Shown here piece by piece: positions 48,079 through 56,781 of a DNA stretch of 56,781 nt; position 1 is the stretch's first letter, and every line of letters begins with the position of its first letter. The notes under the pieces were generated by a model. It was not told the DNA's origin. It saw only the letters and a list, made by a program, of their open reading frames with translations, and ran no database searches. Source of the stretch: an uncultured Deferribacteraceae bacterium (GTDB lineage: Bacteria; Chrysiogenota; Deferribacteres; CAMZNJ01); NCBI GenBank assembly GCA_947313825.1, contig CAMZNJ010000024.1, positions 1-56,781 on the forward strand. Reading direction: 5' to 3'. The translations under genes were made by a program, and so were the position numbers.

Positions 48079-50304
48079 CTATTTTATTACGCGAATAATA
48101 GGTGCTTCAATGGGCTCGAATCCGAGTAGTCCTATGCTTACGCTAAAGGTTTGTTGTTCGAATGGTCCGAGTGTGGTGGCTGCTTTTTCGAAAGCGTAAG
48201 TGCCCTCAATGTACCAACAGGGGCGTATGATGCGTACGCTGGCTTCGCGACCTGTGTTGACTAATCTGCTCCCTTGGGTCGAGAGTAGTGCGGGGGCGAT
48301 ATTGGCGAGTAGGTGTTTGTATGAGAGTTGGAGCGATGGGATCATGATGCCGCCGTATAGGTTTATGTTGGTGTTGTAGCGTCTGAGGTTGAATGCGGAT
48401 GTGATGTTGTCGTTTTTGATATCGCGATAGGAGTACTCAACACCTGTTTGGAAGTTGTTGAATGTGAGGGTGGCGTTGTCGACAAAGGAGTATTGTCCAT
48501 CGAGTTCGGTGGGGGAGTGGATGTTCATGCTGGCGTAGTTGGTGAACAGGTTGCTGTAGGAGTATTTCGAGGTTAAGTCGATATTGTTGAAGGATACTGT
48601 GGTGATATCGTATGTGGGCTGGATGGTGTTTGTTAGGTTGTGTTTGTTTAGCCTTAGGCGGGATGAACCACGGTAGGTCAGGGAGTTTTCGGGGGAGATT
48701 CTATCTTCAGTGATGAAGTTTGGTTGTCCAACGGTGGAGTGGTTTTGCACAAATTTGTATGTGAGCTTGTTTGTTAAGGTGTGGTGAAGATTGAGATTTT
48801 GCATGGAGGTGCTGAGGTCGTAAAAGCTGTATGGTAGGTTGAAAGCGGCAATATTTCGTTTGGCGTCGTCAACTTCAACTTTTTTGCTGAGAATTTCGCC
48901 GATGGAAAAAATCTGTTCGCGATCAAACCACTGAGTGCTGTAGAAGCTGACTTGCGGGGTGATGTATCCGAGGTAGAAGGGGGTAACCTTGTAAACGCTG
49001 AGGTTGACTTGGTAGCGGGAGTAGTTGTCGTATGTGAACTCGATATCTTCTAGGTTCTCCAAAGTTGTTACCCGTGTTGCATCGGCCGTGTATGTAACGG
49101 ATACAAAATCTTGTATGTGTATGTTTTTGCTAACCTCTATCCCAGGTATTTGCTCAATGGTGGTACGTTTGGTAACGCTACTGCTGAAAATAGTTTTTCG
49201 GTCGTAGTAAGTGAAAATATCGGCATAAGGGGTGGGTATCCCCGCTAGGGCTTGGAAATAGTAGGAGCCTTCCGGTGCTGTGGAGGCTTTAGGGGTAAAC
49301 AGGAAAAACTCGTTGTAAACATTCCAAAAGTCGATATCACTAGCATAGTCTGCACGTAAGCGAAATTCAACAATGCCTATGTCAAAGTTGGTTTGGGAGG
49401 CGAAGTGCCACCTATTCTCCAAGCTGTAAAAGTCAACACGGTCTTTACTGTAATCAAACTCGAGATTGATACCCTCACTATCGGATATGGCGTAGCGTCC
49501 TTGGATACCGTAGAGGGCGGAGGCGTTGGTGTAGAGAGTGGTGTAGGCGGTGATATCTTTATCGGCACTAATATTCCAGAAAAAAGCTGGAGCGATGGCA
49601 AAGCCGTTGGTGTTGGATGTGGCGTACTTGGGGGGCAAGAAACCTGTAGTACGCTCCTCACGTAGTGGTATCCTAAAATATGGAAGGTAAAAAACAGGGG
49701 CGGATTTGACGTAAAATAAAACATTTCGACCGGACAAATCCCGATTACGCCGCAAGGTGGCGTCCTTAAACGCTATGGACCAGTCGGGATTAGTAGCAGA
49801 ACAGGTAGTGTAAACAACACCGGTGGCGGAATAAACATTCTTACCAATACTCTCCAAAGAGCAAGCACTAATATTGTAGTACGGCTCGATGAAGAGGGTC
49901 GTATCGTTGAAAATGGCGGTTTGCTCGACAGTGTTGAACGTAATACTACTAGAGTTGACCTGATTACCACTGAAAACACCTTGTATGTTGCCGTCAAGGG
50001 TAACTTGTGAGTCGGAAAAATTCCACGAACCGTTACTCGAAGTAACATGAGTGTCGAGGTAGTCGAGGGATAGGTTGCCTGTGGCATTCACGCCGGTGCT
50101 CGTAATGATAATGGTATCGGAGGACAAGGAGGCTGTTGTGTCCGTATCCCTAGGGGCACCAATAGCGTGCCCAACAGGGTGGACAAGCAGGAGCAACACC
50201 ACACCGACAGCACTAGTGGTAAACAGTATGCTAGGCATGGGGGAGCGTAGAGGGGCGTATTTGCGTCCTAGGCGTAGGGGTATGGACGCAAGTTTTATGG
50301 TCAT
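48079..50304 (-). CDS. lptD: LPS-assembly outer-membrane protein LptD (start uncertain: 50304 or 50238)
   Basis: YTTC....PDWSI, PVFYLPY...RTTGFLPP, P.FWNI...D.T and a beta-barrel-like C-terminus. Confidence 0.88.
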   Translation of the reverse strand: MTIKLASIPLRLGRKYAPLRSPMPSILFTTSAVGVVLLLLVHPVGHAIGAPRDTDTTASLSSDTIIITSTGVNATGNLSLDYLDTHVTSSNGSWNFSDSQVTLDGNIQGVFSGNQVNSSSITFNTVEQTAIFNDTTLFIEPYYNISACSLESIGKNVYSATGVVYTTCSATNPDWSIAFKDATLRRNRDLSGRNVLFYVKSAPVFYLPYFRIPLREERTTGFLPPKYATSNTNGFAIAPAFFWNISADKDITAYTTLYTNASALYGIQGRYAISDSEGINLEFDYSKDRVDFYSLENRWHFASQTNFDIGIVEFRLRADYASDIDFWNVYNEFFLFTPKASTAPEGSYYFQALAGIPTPYADIFTYYDRKTIFSSSVTKRTTIEQIPGIEVSKNIHIQDFVSVTYTADATRVTTLENLEDIEFTYDNYSRYQVNLSVYKVTPFYLGYITPQVSFYSTQWFDREQIFSIGEILSKKVEVDDAKRNIAAFNLPYSFYDLSTSMQNLNLHHTLTNKLTYKFVQNHSTVGQPNFITEDRISPENSLTYRGSSRLRLNKHNLTNTIQPTYDITTVSFNNIDLTSKYSYSNLFTNYASMNIHSPTELDGQYSFVDNATLTFNNFQTGVEYSYRDIKNDNITSAFNLRRYNTNINLYGGIMIPSLQLSYKHLLANIAPALLSTQGSRLVNTGREASVRIIRPCWYIEGTYAFEKAATTLGPFEQQTFSVSIGLLGFEPIEAPIIRVIK

Positions 50305-50374
50305 GAAAAAATACGTTTGAGCATATTTCTTGAAAATAAAGATCTGCAGTTTCTCCCTCTTTAAAAGCTTGGGG

Positions 50375-51304
50375 CTAAGTAGTATTAACCGGTGTCTTGG
50401 GTTGCTTGGGTTGGTCTTGGTGCTCAAATATGTACAAAAAATCGGATAATGTTAGTTGCTCTGCTCGGATGCTGGGGCTCAAGTTGAGGGATTGGAGGAT
50501 TGTTGTGAGCTGTTCCCCACTAATCGCAGTATTTTTGAGGTTGTTGCGTAACGTTTTACGCTTTTGTGTAAAGCATGTTCGCACCATCTGAAAAAAGCTG
50601 TCTTCACGCTCAGGAGGCAGGGGGAGCGTAGGTTTGCGATCAAATACCAGCACAGTAGAAAGAACATTCGCCCGAGGCCAAAATTGACTACCAGAAACGT
50701 CAACAACCTTGCGAACGTTGTAGTAGTACTGTGTGAACACGGACAACGATGAGTAATTCTTGTTGTTTGGTGTGGCAGTGAGTCGCTGAGCAACCTCTTT
50801 CTGAAACATGAGAACAGCACTTTGGAACAGATGACCATATTGCGACGTAAGGCGGGTAAATATTTTGGTGGAAATATTGTAGGGAAGATTGCTCACTAGG
50901 CAGGGGAGGTTGCTGTTGTTGCTGTTGTGGTCGGTGCTGTTGTTGCTGTTGTCGGTGTTTGCGGTGTTTGCGGGGAATGATTGCAACACAGGGGTAAAGT
51001 CCACCTCGAGGGCGTCGCCATGGAGTAGGGTTAGGTGCGGGTATGTTGCACCGAGGTGTTCCTCCAGAAACCCCATGGCTTGAGGGTCTATCTCCACTGC
51101 AACAACATGGGCATTGTGTTGCAGTAGTGCCATGGTCAACACTCCACACCCCGGACCTATCTCCACAATATTGTTTGTGTATGATGTGGCTGTGGTGGCT
51201 ATTTTATCAATCACAAACCGATTGATAAGGAAATGTTGTCCTAGTGATTTACGAGTTTTGGCAAATTCTATTTTGTATTGTTGCACAAGGTTCAGTTTAG
51301 TCAT
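50375..51304 (-). CDS. rsmA: 16S rRNA m6,2A dimethyltransferase KsgA
   Basis: KSLGQHFL, VEIGPG, VEID, SNLPYNIST, MFQKEVA.RL and F.QKRKTLRN. Confidence 0.97.
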   Translation of the reverse strand: MTKLNLVQQYKIEFAKTRKSLGQHFLINRFVIDKIATTATSYTNNIVEIGPGCGVLTMALLQHNAHVVAVEIDPQAMGFLEEHLGATYPHLTLLHGDALEVDFTPVLQSFPANTANTDNSNNSTDHNSNNSNLPCLVSNLPYNISTKIFTRLTSQYGHLFQSAVLMFQKEVAQRLTATPNNKNYSSLSVFTQYYYNVRKVVDVSGSQFWPRANVLSTVLVFDRKPTLPLPPEREDSFFQMVRTCFTQKRKTLRNNLKNTAISGEQLTTILQSLNLSPSIRAEQLTLSDFLYIFEHQDQPKQPKTPVNTT

Positions 51305-51412
51305 TATGCGAGGAGTTTCCTTTGCATTAGTTATTAGTCGCAGTGTATTTTTCGTACATTCGACCCTTACGCCGTACATGGTGTTTTTGCAATGATGGGC
51401 ATATGTTTCGGT

Positions 51413-52021
51413 TTATTTCTCTATTTTAATACGTCCGTAGTAGGATTTCCCGTAAGATTTTAGCAGGTTATTTATTATGGAGTTGTAGTAGGGTGCTGGT
51501 TGCCCCACGTTGTATGTTGCGGATCCTGACCAAACGAGGTCGTTGGATGGTATGGCACGAACTTTGATATACATGGTACGAGATTTTACGGATTGCGATG
51601 TTTGTGATTGTTCGCGGGAGCTGGTAATGGGTACGGCAAGGCTAAAGCTGTCGCCGAGGGGCACACTGAAGGCAACTCCTGAGCCTGTGCCTGATGTATC
51701 GGTAATAGTTGCGAGGTTCTCTTTGAGCTCGACATGTAGTGTGTATTTAGCATTATTGCGGGTTTCGACAACGTTGAACCCTTGGCGGTATAACTGATTC
51801 TTCACACGAACTTCGAGTCGTTGTCCTTCAGTGCTGGCGGTGGTATTGTGGGAAACGAAGATGGGATCCGTGGTCATGAGTGAGTATCTGGAGTTGTCCA
51901 CACTTTCGAATACTGCTTTGGTGCATGATGATACGCTAACAGAGAGTAGTGCAAGTGCTATGAGGGGGAGCAAGGTGGATTTAAATCGGCTTATGTTTGG
52001 GTTTTTGTGTAATAGGCTCAT
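51413..52021 (-). CDS. Lipoprotein (DUF4136-like)
   Basis: Lipobox VSSC; L...GF.V, LVWSGSA and final helix ending YG. Confidence 0.65.
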   Translation of the reverse strand: MSLLHKNPNISRFKSTLLPLIALALLSVSVSSCTKAVFESVDNSRYSLMTTDPIFVSHNTTASTEGQRLEVRVKNQLYRQGFNVVETRNNAKYTLHVELKENLATITDTSGTGSGVAFSVPLGDSFSLAVPITSSREQSQTSQSVKSRTMYIKVRAIPSNDLVWSGSATYNVGQPAPYYNSIINNLLKSYGKSYYGRIKIEK

Positions 52022-52052
52022 ATTTTGTTCTCCATGCTATATTTTATTGGGG

Positions 52053-52823
52053 CTAAGGTGTGTTGCGTCGGGGTGTGTTGCGTCTTAGTTCGCGTCCGTA
52101 TTCGCTTACTAATCTGTTTAATATTTTTTCGTAGTCTTTTTGATATTCGTCTCGTTGTATGTTGGCTGAACCCTCCCATACTAGCACTTTCCGGTCTTGG
52201 AAGGCACTGTTTATTGGTATGTAAGATTGCATGTAAATATATGTGTAGTTTGTGGGTTGCATGGAGCTTGCTTTGTACGGTTTGCGGGGTGGTATTCGTT
52301 TGTTGGGAGTCTCTTCGTAGGTTTCGAGGGAGAGTCCCTTTTGAATGCTGGAGGAGAACTGTTTGGCAGTAAAAATATTGACCACATTGACGTAAATTTG
52401 GTATCGGGAGTCCATGGGGTTGTCTACAACGTTGTACCCTTGCTCTTTGAATATGGATACGAGTGCTCTGTATTGTTCGTCGTTGAATGTTTCATTTTCG
52501 AAGGAGCTAACAGGTGTGTTGATGAATACGGGTGAGAATTGTGTTAGGTTTAGCGTGTTGTGTGTTATCTGTTTGTAGGGTGAAACGGAGGCACATGATG
52601 TTAGCACAAAGAGTAGGGTAACGCAGGCGAATAGTATCATGGGTACGATGCCGTACATTTTTTTTAAGAAGGGTGGTTTCTGGAATTTTGCGTATTGAGC
52701 GGAGTATTTTTCGCGAATTTTAGCTTGGTTTGGGCTCTCTTCAGTGGTTGTTCCCCCTGAGACTTTTTGTTCCTGCTCGGTGTTGCTGGTTTTGAAGTTG
52801 TTAATTTCCGAGTTGTTTCCCAT
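52053..52823 (-). CDS. Lipoprotein (DUF4136-like), probable paralog of 51413-52021
   Basis: Lipobox LTSC; QGYNVV, LVWEGSA and final helix ending YG. Alternative start at 52658. Confidence 0.6.
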   Translation of the reverse strand: MGNNSEINNFKTSNTEQEQKVSGGTTTEESPNQAKIREKYSAQYAKFQKPPFLKKMYGIVPMILFACVTLLFVLTSCASVSPYKQITHNTLNLTQFSPVFINTPVSSFENETFNDEQYRALVSIFKEQGYNVVDNPMDSRYQIYVNVVNIFTAKQFSSSIQKGLSLETYEETPNKRIPPRKPYKASSMQPTNYTYIYMQSYIPINSAFQDRKVLVWEGSANIQRDEYQKDYEKILNRLVSEYGRELRRNTPRRNTP

Positions 52824-52961
52824 AGTTTTAACTATCCCTTTGCAGATGTTGTTTGCAAAGTAATACTCCTAAAAATACTAATCAATAAAAATAGGATACC
52901 CTATAAAGTACACTCTTTTCAATACAAACTTGCATTAATTTACTTTGGTGGGATATTTCTA

Positions 52962-52991
52962 TTGACGAAAGGGCGGTATAACGTTTAAAAT
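52962..52991 (+). promoter_or_regulatory. Putative sigma70 promoter
   Basis: TTGACG-18 bp-TAAAAT. Confidence 0.45.
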
Positions 52992-52998
52992 TGAGAGT

Positions 52999-55287
52999 AT
53001 GATTAGTTACTCGAAATGGTCAGGAAAAATCACCTTACGACGCTATTTGCCAACCCCTTACCCGCTTGGTGTGGTACGCCTGAAGGCACGCACAGGTGTG
53101 CTCACAGGTGTGCTCCTTGCTCTGATACTCAGTGTTGTCGCTGTGCCTAGTGTTGCCCTCGGTGCCAAGATATCCATATCGCCGTCTGAAGTGAAAACAT
53201 TTTTCCCCCTGCCCAGCGAGCTCCCTGGGGGTTCTAGGGTATGGATAAAATCCTCCGATAGTTCTGATCTCAAAAAGAAAGGTGATAGTTGCGACGTCAT
53301 TAGTACTGCCTACAACTACTTCTCCACAAAACCCAGCGTTAAGCTAGGTGTTGAACGTCAGTCATCCTACCCCGTGGATGTTCGTGTATTCTCGTGTGTT
53401 TCCCTTGAAGCGGCAAGCGATCAGTTCCACTACCTCTCAGCCATAGGCGACAACGAACACAAGGTTATGGTTGACTTTGGCGACAAGGCGACACTGTTGG
53501 TTTTGCCCTATGAAGGCACAAGCAAAACGGACACTCAGCAAGCTTCATACTACCTTACATTTATCAAAGGGGTATTCGTTACGCAAGTACACTCAACGGA
53601 CGGCTTCTCACTCATGGATATTGCTGACTTCATCGACATATCCATCGCAAACCTGATGAAACGATACCCCGACATGTTTATGATTACCTCCCTCGCCATG
53701 GTTATTCAGAAAGACGGGTTTGTCGATTACCACGAAGACGTCCTGTTTGCAGAAAATATCACGGCGTTAGACGTTCATGGCGAAGTGTATGACTCCCTTG
53801 GTAACCCCATGGATGGTGCAACAGTGCGAATCCCAACACTCAACGCAACAACCACAACCGACGGTGCAGGACGCTTTCGCATTGCATACAACGTTAATAA
53901 AAACTACACAGTAAAACTTACCAAAGTAATCTACATGCACGATCAGCCGGGCAAAACGTCGAGATCAAACGCCCTCGTGAGCGGTGTTTATGACCTGAAA
54001 ATGTTCATGCCAAACAAACCTGCTACCAAATACAGACTCGCGCTGCAAGTCAGACCATCGCAGGGGGGGAAGTACCGCTTGGCATTCGGCAACATGACTG
54101 CACGAGATGCAAACAACTCTCCTAGTGCAAAAAATTACCCCGTAAGGGGCAAAATCTACAGCAACGGGAGCCTCGAACTAATCGTCAACTGCAAAGAACG
54201 GGAATCCATCGCCTCCTGTCGACAGGTACTCAAATCTAGCAACGTCGGTGGCGATATCGTCTCCGGTGCATGGTCTGGAACTGGACCCGGTGGCATGTTC
54301 GAACTCTACAAAAATAGCTACACCAAACGCACCATTCGAGTTCGACTAGACAAATCCAACCTAGACCTAAGTAGTATCGAGCTTGATGCCAAAAACACAA
54401 CCATAAACCGAGACGATCAACCATTCATCTCCAACGACCCCAAGAGGGGGAAACGCTACATTGAAGCAGTGTTCTCACCAATCAAAGACAAAAGACTCAA
54501 AGAGGACGAAAACCTATTCGCAGCAACACTTGTACTACAGGTGGTGCCCTCGAGTACGCAAGTCGGAAGCATCCCCGTGTATGCCTACACCTTGCAAGGC
54601 AACAGCACCGCACGATCACTCTACCAACAGGGAAAGGTTGCAACACTGACTCCATCCACAGACTCATACCAGTTTCGTGTACCACTAGAAGGGGGCTCCA
54701 ACAACTTCACAGCACCACTAATCGGACCCGTATCATATAACTCATCCCTAGTGGCTCACCACCTTGTTGGAGACGTGGATAGCCTGAGGTATGCACCATT
54801 CATGGAGCTGACATACTACTTGCCACGTAAATCAGCTCAACCAAAATCATTCATAACTGTGTGGTTCAACGATGTGGACAAAGCTGATTACGTCAGCAAT
54901 GGCAACCTTCTAAAAAATGACGGGCGAGATGACGCTGTTCTAAATGTTAACTTCAACTCAAACGTGGGAAAACTGGACTTAATCGAACTAAGCATACCCT
55001 CTGTTGGGTTGAAGTACAATACGGTTTCAGGGGACTCAGCTCCTTGCGTTGCCCTTGCCATACAACGAAACAGCACACCTGAAGCAACCTACACGCTTGC
55101 TAGTCATAAAACCTGCCAAATAGGTGCCGACGGATCGGGGAGCGTTGCCATCAAACAAGGGGACAAAGCAAGGCTCTACATCTACAAACACTCCGCACTC
55201 ACTGATGCACTAAGGCGATCAAGTGGAAAACTAATGTACAAAATACGCATAAATGGCACAATGTATGAAGGTGTTGTAACACCATAA
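52999..55287 (+). CDS. Large exported hypothetical protein with a carboxypeptidase-regulatory-like (prealbumin-fold) domain
   Basis: Hydrophobic signal/TM segment, then VHGEVYDSLGNPMDGATVRI...TTTDGAGRFRI. Confidence 0.7.
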   Translation: MISYSKWSGKITLRRYLPTPYPLGVVRLKARTGVLTGVLLALILSVVAVPSVALGAKISISPSEVKTFFPLPSELPGGSRVWIKSSDSSDLKKKGDSCDVISTAYNYFSTKPSVKLGVERQSSYPVDVRVFSCVSLEAASDQFHYLSAIGDNEHKVMVDFGDKATLLVLPYEGTSKTDTQQASYYLTFIKGVFVTQVHSTDGFSLMDIADFIDISIANLMKRYPDMFMITSLAMVIQKDGFVDYHEDVLFAENITALDVHGEVYDSLGNPMDGATVRIPTLNATTTTDGAGRFRIAYNVNKNYTVKLTKVIYMHDQPGKTSRSNALVSGVYDLKMFMPNKPATKYRLALQVRPSQGGKYRLAFGNMTARDANNSPSAKNYPVRGKIYSNGSLELIVNCKERESIASCRQVLKSSNVGGDIVSGAWSGTGPGGMFELYKNSYTKRTIRVRLDKSNLDLSSIELDAKNTTINRDDQPFISNDPKRGKRYIEAVFSPIKDKRLKEDENLFAATLVLQVVPSSTQVGSIPVYAYTLQGNSTARSLYQQGKVATLTPSTDSYQFRVPLEGGSNNFTAPLIGPVSYNSSLVAHHLVGDVDSLRYAPFMELTYYLPRKSAQPKSFITVWFNDVDKADYVSNGNLLKNDGRDDAVLNVNFNSNVGKLDLIELSIPSVGLKYNTVSGDSAPCVALAIQRNSTPEATYTLASHKTCQIGADGSGSVAIKQGDKARLYIYKHSALTDALRRSSGKLMYKIRINGTMYEGVVTP

Positions 55288-55334
55288 CTGGAGCTCGATT
55301 GCTCTGCCTTTACAAGTGCGTAAGAGGGAACCGT

Positions 55335-56507
55335 ATGAATTACGTGATAAAAACAGACAAACTAGTACTTAGTGGCGGGGTTGTTGAAGGGTACATCTCT
55401 GTTCGCGATGGTCGAATTGCAGAGGTATCTCGCACACCCATTACCCTCGGGAATGGCGACAATGCTGTGGACTGCTCCGGTCTTTTTGTTGCACCCGGAA
55501 TGATGGACACGCATATTCACGGGCTCCATGGCTTTGACACTGCCAACAACAACGTTGACGACATACTAGGCATGTCCGATGCCCTCCTTCAGTACGGCGT
55601 AACATCGTTCTGCCCCACAATTTACACCAACCTTGAACCACTCTTTGTGGACGGTATTCGTGCCGCTGCCACTGCTCAGGGGAATGAAACCGGCTCGCGT
55701 ATTCACGGTATGCACTTGGAAGGACCATTCATATCGAAGTCGAAGGCTGGTGCACAACCACCTGACGCCATTCGTGAAACAGTGGACACAAGCCTGCTGG
55801 AAACCATCCACCGTTTTGCCAAGGGTAAGGTTTCCATTATGACTGCTGCTCCCGAAACCAACAATATCAGTGTATTGGTGGATTTCTGTAGGGGCGAGGG
55901 GATACGCCTGTCCGCAGGACACACTAACGCTACCCATGAAGAGATGTGTTGCGGTGCGGATATGGGGTTCTCGCGGGTTACCCACCTATTCAACGCCATG
56001 CCAAGTATTAATCACCGTGCCCCCGGTGCTGTCGTGGCTGCCCTCATGGATGATCGACTTTACTGCGAGCTAATTGCTGACGGCAAACATGTTAACAGGG
56101 CTGTTGCCGAGCTTGCTTTGCGGTGCAAACCTGCCGACAAAGTTATTCTTATCACGGACGCCTTATGTCCGACAGGTCTTACTGGTGGCAACCTGTTTGC
56201 TAATGGCAAGGCTGTGGAGATGCGTGATTCCCTTTGGCACCACGTTGAAGATGGCACCATTGCTGGCTCATCCTTGGATATGTTAACGGGCGTGAAAAAC
56301 CTGTCTCAGTGGGGCGTTGACATGCCAACAGCATTTCAGTACGCCTCCCAAAACCCTAACGCAAACCTTGGCGTTACAGATAGGGGGGCATTGGCTGTGG
56401 GTAATCATGCCGATATTATTGTTTTCGATGATAAGTTCGACCTCAAAGCAACAATAGTGGGCGGCGACCTCAAATATACGGGCAAAGGGTTCTCCCTCCC
56501 ATTGTAG
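55335..56507 (+). CDS. nagA: N-acetylglucosamine-6-phosphate deacetylase
   Basis: PGMMDTHIHG, HLEGPFI, GHTNA, THLFNAM, IADGKH, LITDA and IAGS. Confidence 0.96.
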   Translation: MNYVIKTDKLVLSGGVVEGYISVRDGRIAEVSRTPITLGNGDNAVDCSGLFVAPGMMDTHIHGLHGFDTANNNVDDILGMSDALLQYGVTSFCPTIYTNLEPLFVDGIRAAATAQGNETGSRIHGMHLEGPFISKSKAGAQPPDAIRETVDTSLLETIHRFAKGKVSIMTAAPETNNISVLVDFCRGEGIRLSAGHTNATHEEMCCGADMGFSRVTHLFNAMPSINHRAPGAVVAALMDDRLYCELIADGKHVNRAVAELALRCKPADKVILITDALCPTGLTGGNLFANGKAVEMRDSLWHHVEDGTIAGSSLDMLTGVKNLSQWGVDMPTAFQYASQNPNANLGVTDRGALAVGNHADIIVFDDKFDLKATIVGGDLKYTGKGFSLPL

Positions 56508-56525
56508 CAGGTTTTGATACTGCAC

Positions 56526-56649
56526 AAGCAGGCGGGCTAAGCAGGCGGGCTAAGCAGGCGGACTGAGCAGGCGGACTAAGCAGGCGGGCTAAGCAGGCGG
56601 GCTAAGCAGGCGGGCTGAGCAGGCGGGCTAAGCAGGCGGACTAAGCAGG
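56526..56649. repeat. 9.5 x 13 bp array (A/G)AGCAGGCGG(G/A)CT
   Basis: Read directly, 18 bp after the nagA stop. Confidence 0.97.
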
Positions 56650-56781
56650 TAACTAGATATAATATTTCAACGGTGATGCCATTAATATAACACATACGCA
56701 CAAACATTTTGCAAAAGCCTTATGGGTACTTGCTATCCTTGCCCTTACCATGTTGCCTCAGCAAGCTTCTGGTGGCAGTGT

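Noticed and set aside
311-56525. Numerous 60-210 aa ORFs antisense to or nested in the annotated genes
   Set aside because: They are shadow ORFs with no motifs or RBS, favoured by the skewed codon usage.
56670-56781. Start of a secreted-protein gene at the right edge (..LWVLAILALTMLPQQASG..)
   Set aside because: It is plausible but truncated, and no clear start codon can be assigned.
1-56781. tRNA, rRNA, IS, integrase or prophage genes
   Set aside because: No cloverleaf or T-loop signature, rRNA-like tract, transposase, recombinase or phage motif was seen by eye. tRNAscan-SE and Infernal would be needed to exclude them fully.

Overview
A 56.8-kb core-chromosome window from a diderm bacterium (LptD present), probably anaerobic (two triheme cytochromes c and an Fe-S-type TrpRS). 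The gene set resembles Deferribacterota or Desulfobacterota, but this is inference only. About 44 CDSs are mostly housekeeping: HD-GYP, YggT, PIN/TRAM, trpS, an rRNA pseudouridine synthase, an NtrY-like kinase, an MCP, uvrB, PBP1A, an RNase Z-like hydrolase, nfo, fbp, ung, a partial dcw cluster (ftsW-murG-murC-ddl-ftsQ-ftsA-ftsZ), rpmB, cysS, tkt, a TrmH-family methyltransferase, rlmH, dksA, gpmI, priA, ispB, a DHH phosphoesterase, lptD, rsmA and nagA. I found no rRNA, tRNA, transposase, integrase or CRISPR array. The standout feature is about 30 short tandem-repeat arrays (manual count), nearly all with a different 8-39 bp unit. Intergenic arrays mostly sit against stop codons and often share a GCGT/CGTG core. 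Arrays wholly inside genes always have units in multiples of 3 and add low-complexity peptides to conserved enzymes. Also notable are a cassette of structured RNA, repeat array, orphan gene and second array between rpmB and cysS; a duplicated c7-type cytochrome with a conserved upstream element; a candidate switchable leader RNA before yggT; and a probable pseudo-kinase. Coordinates were read by hand and several starts were adjusted from the ORF track using RBS evidence.
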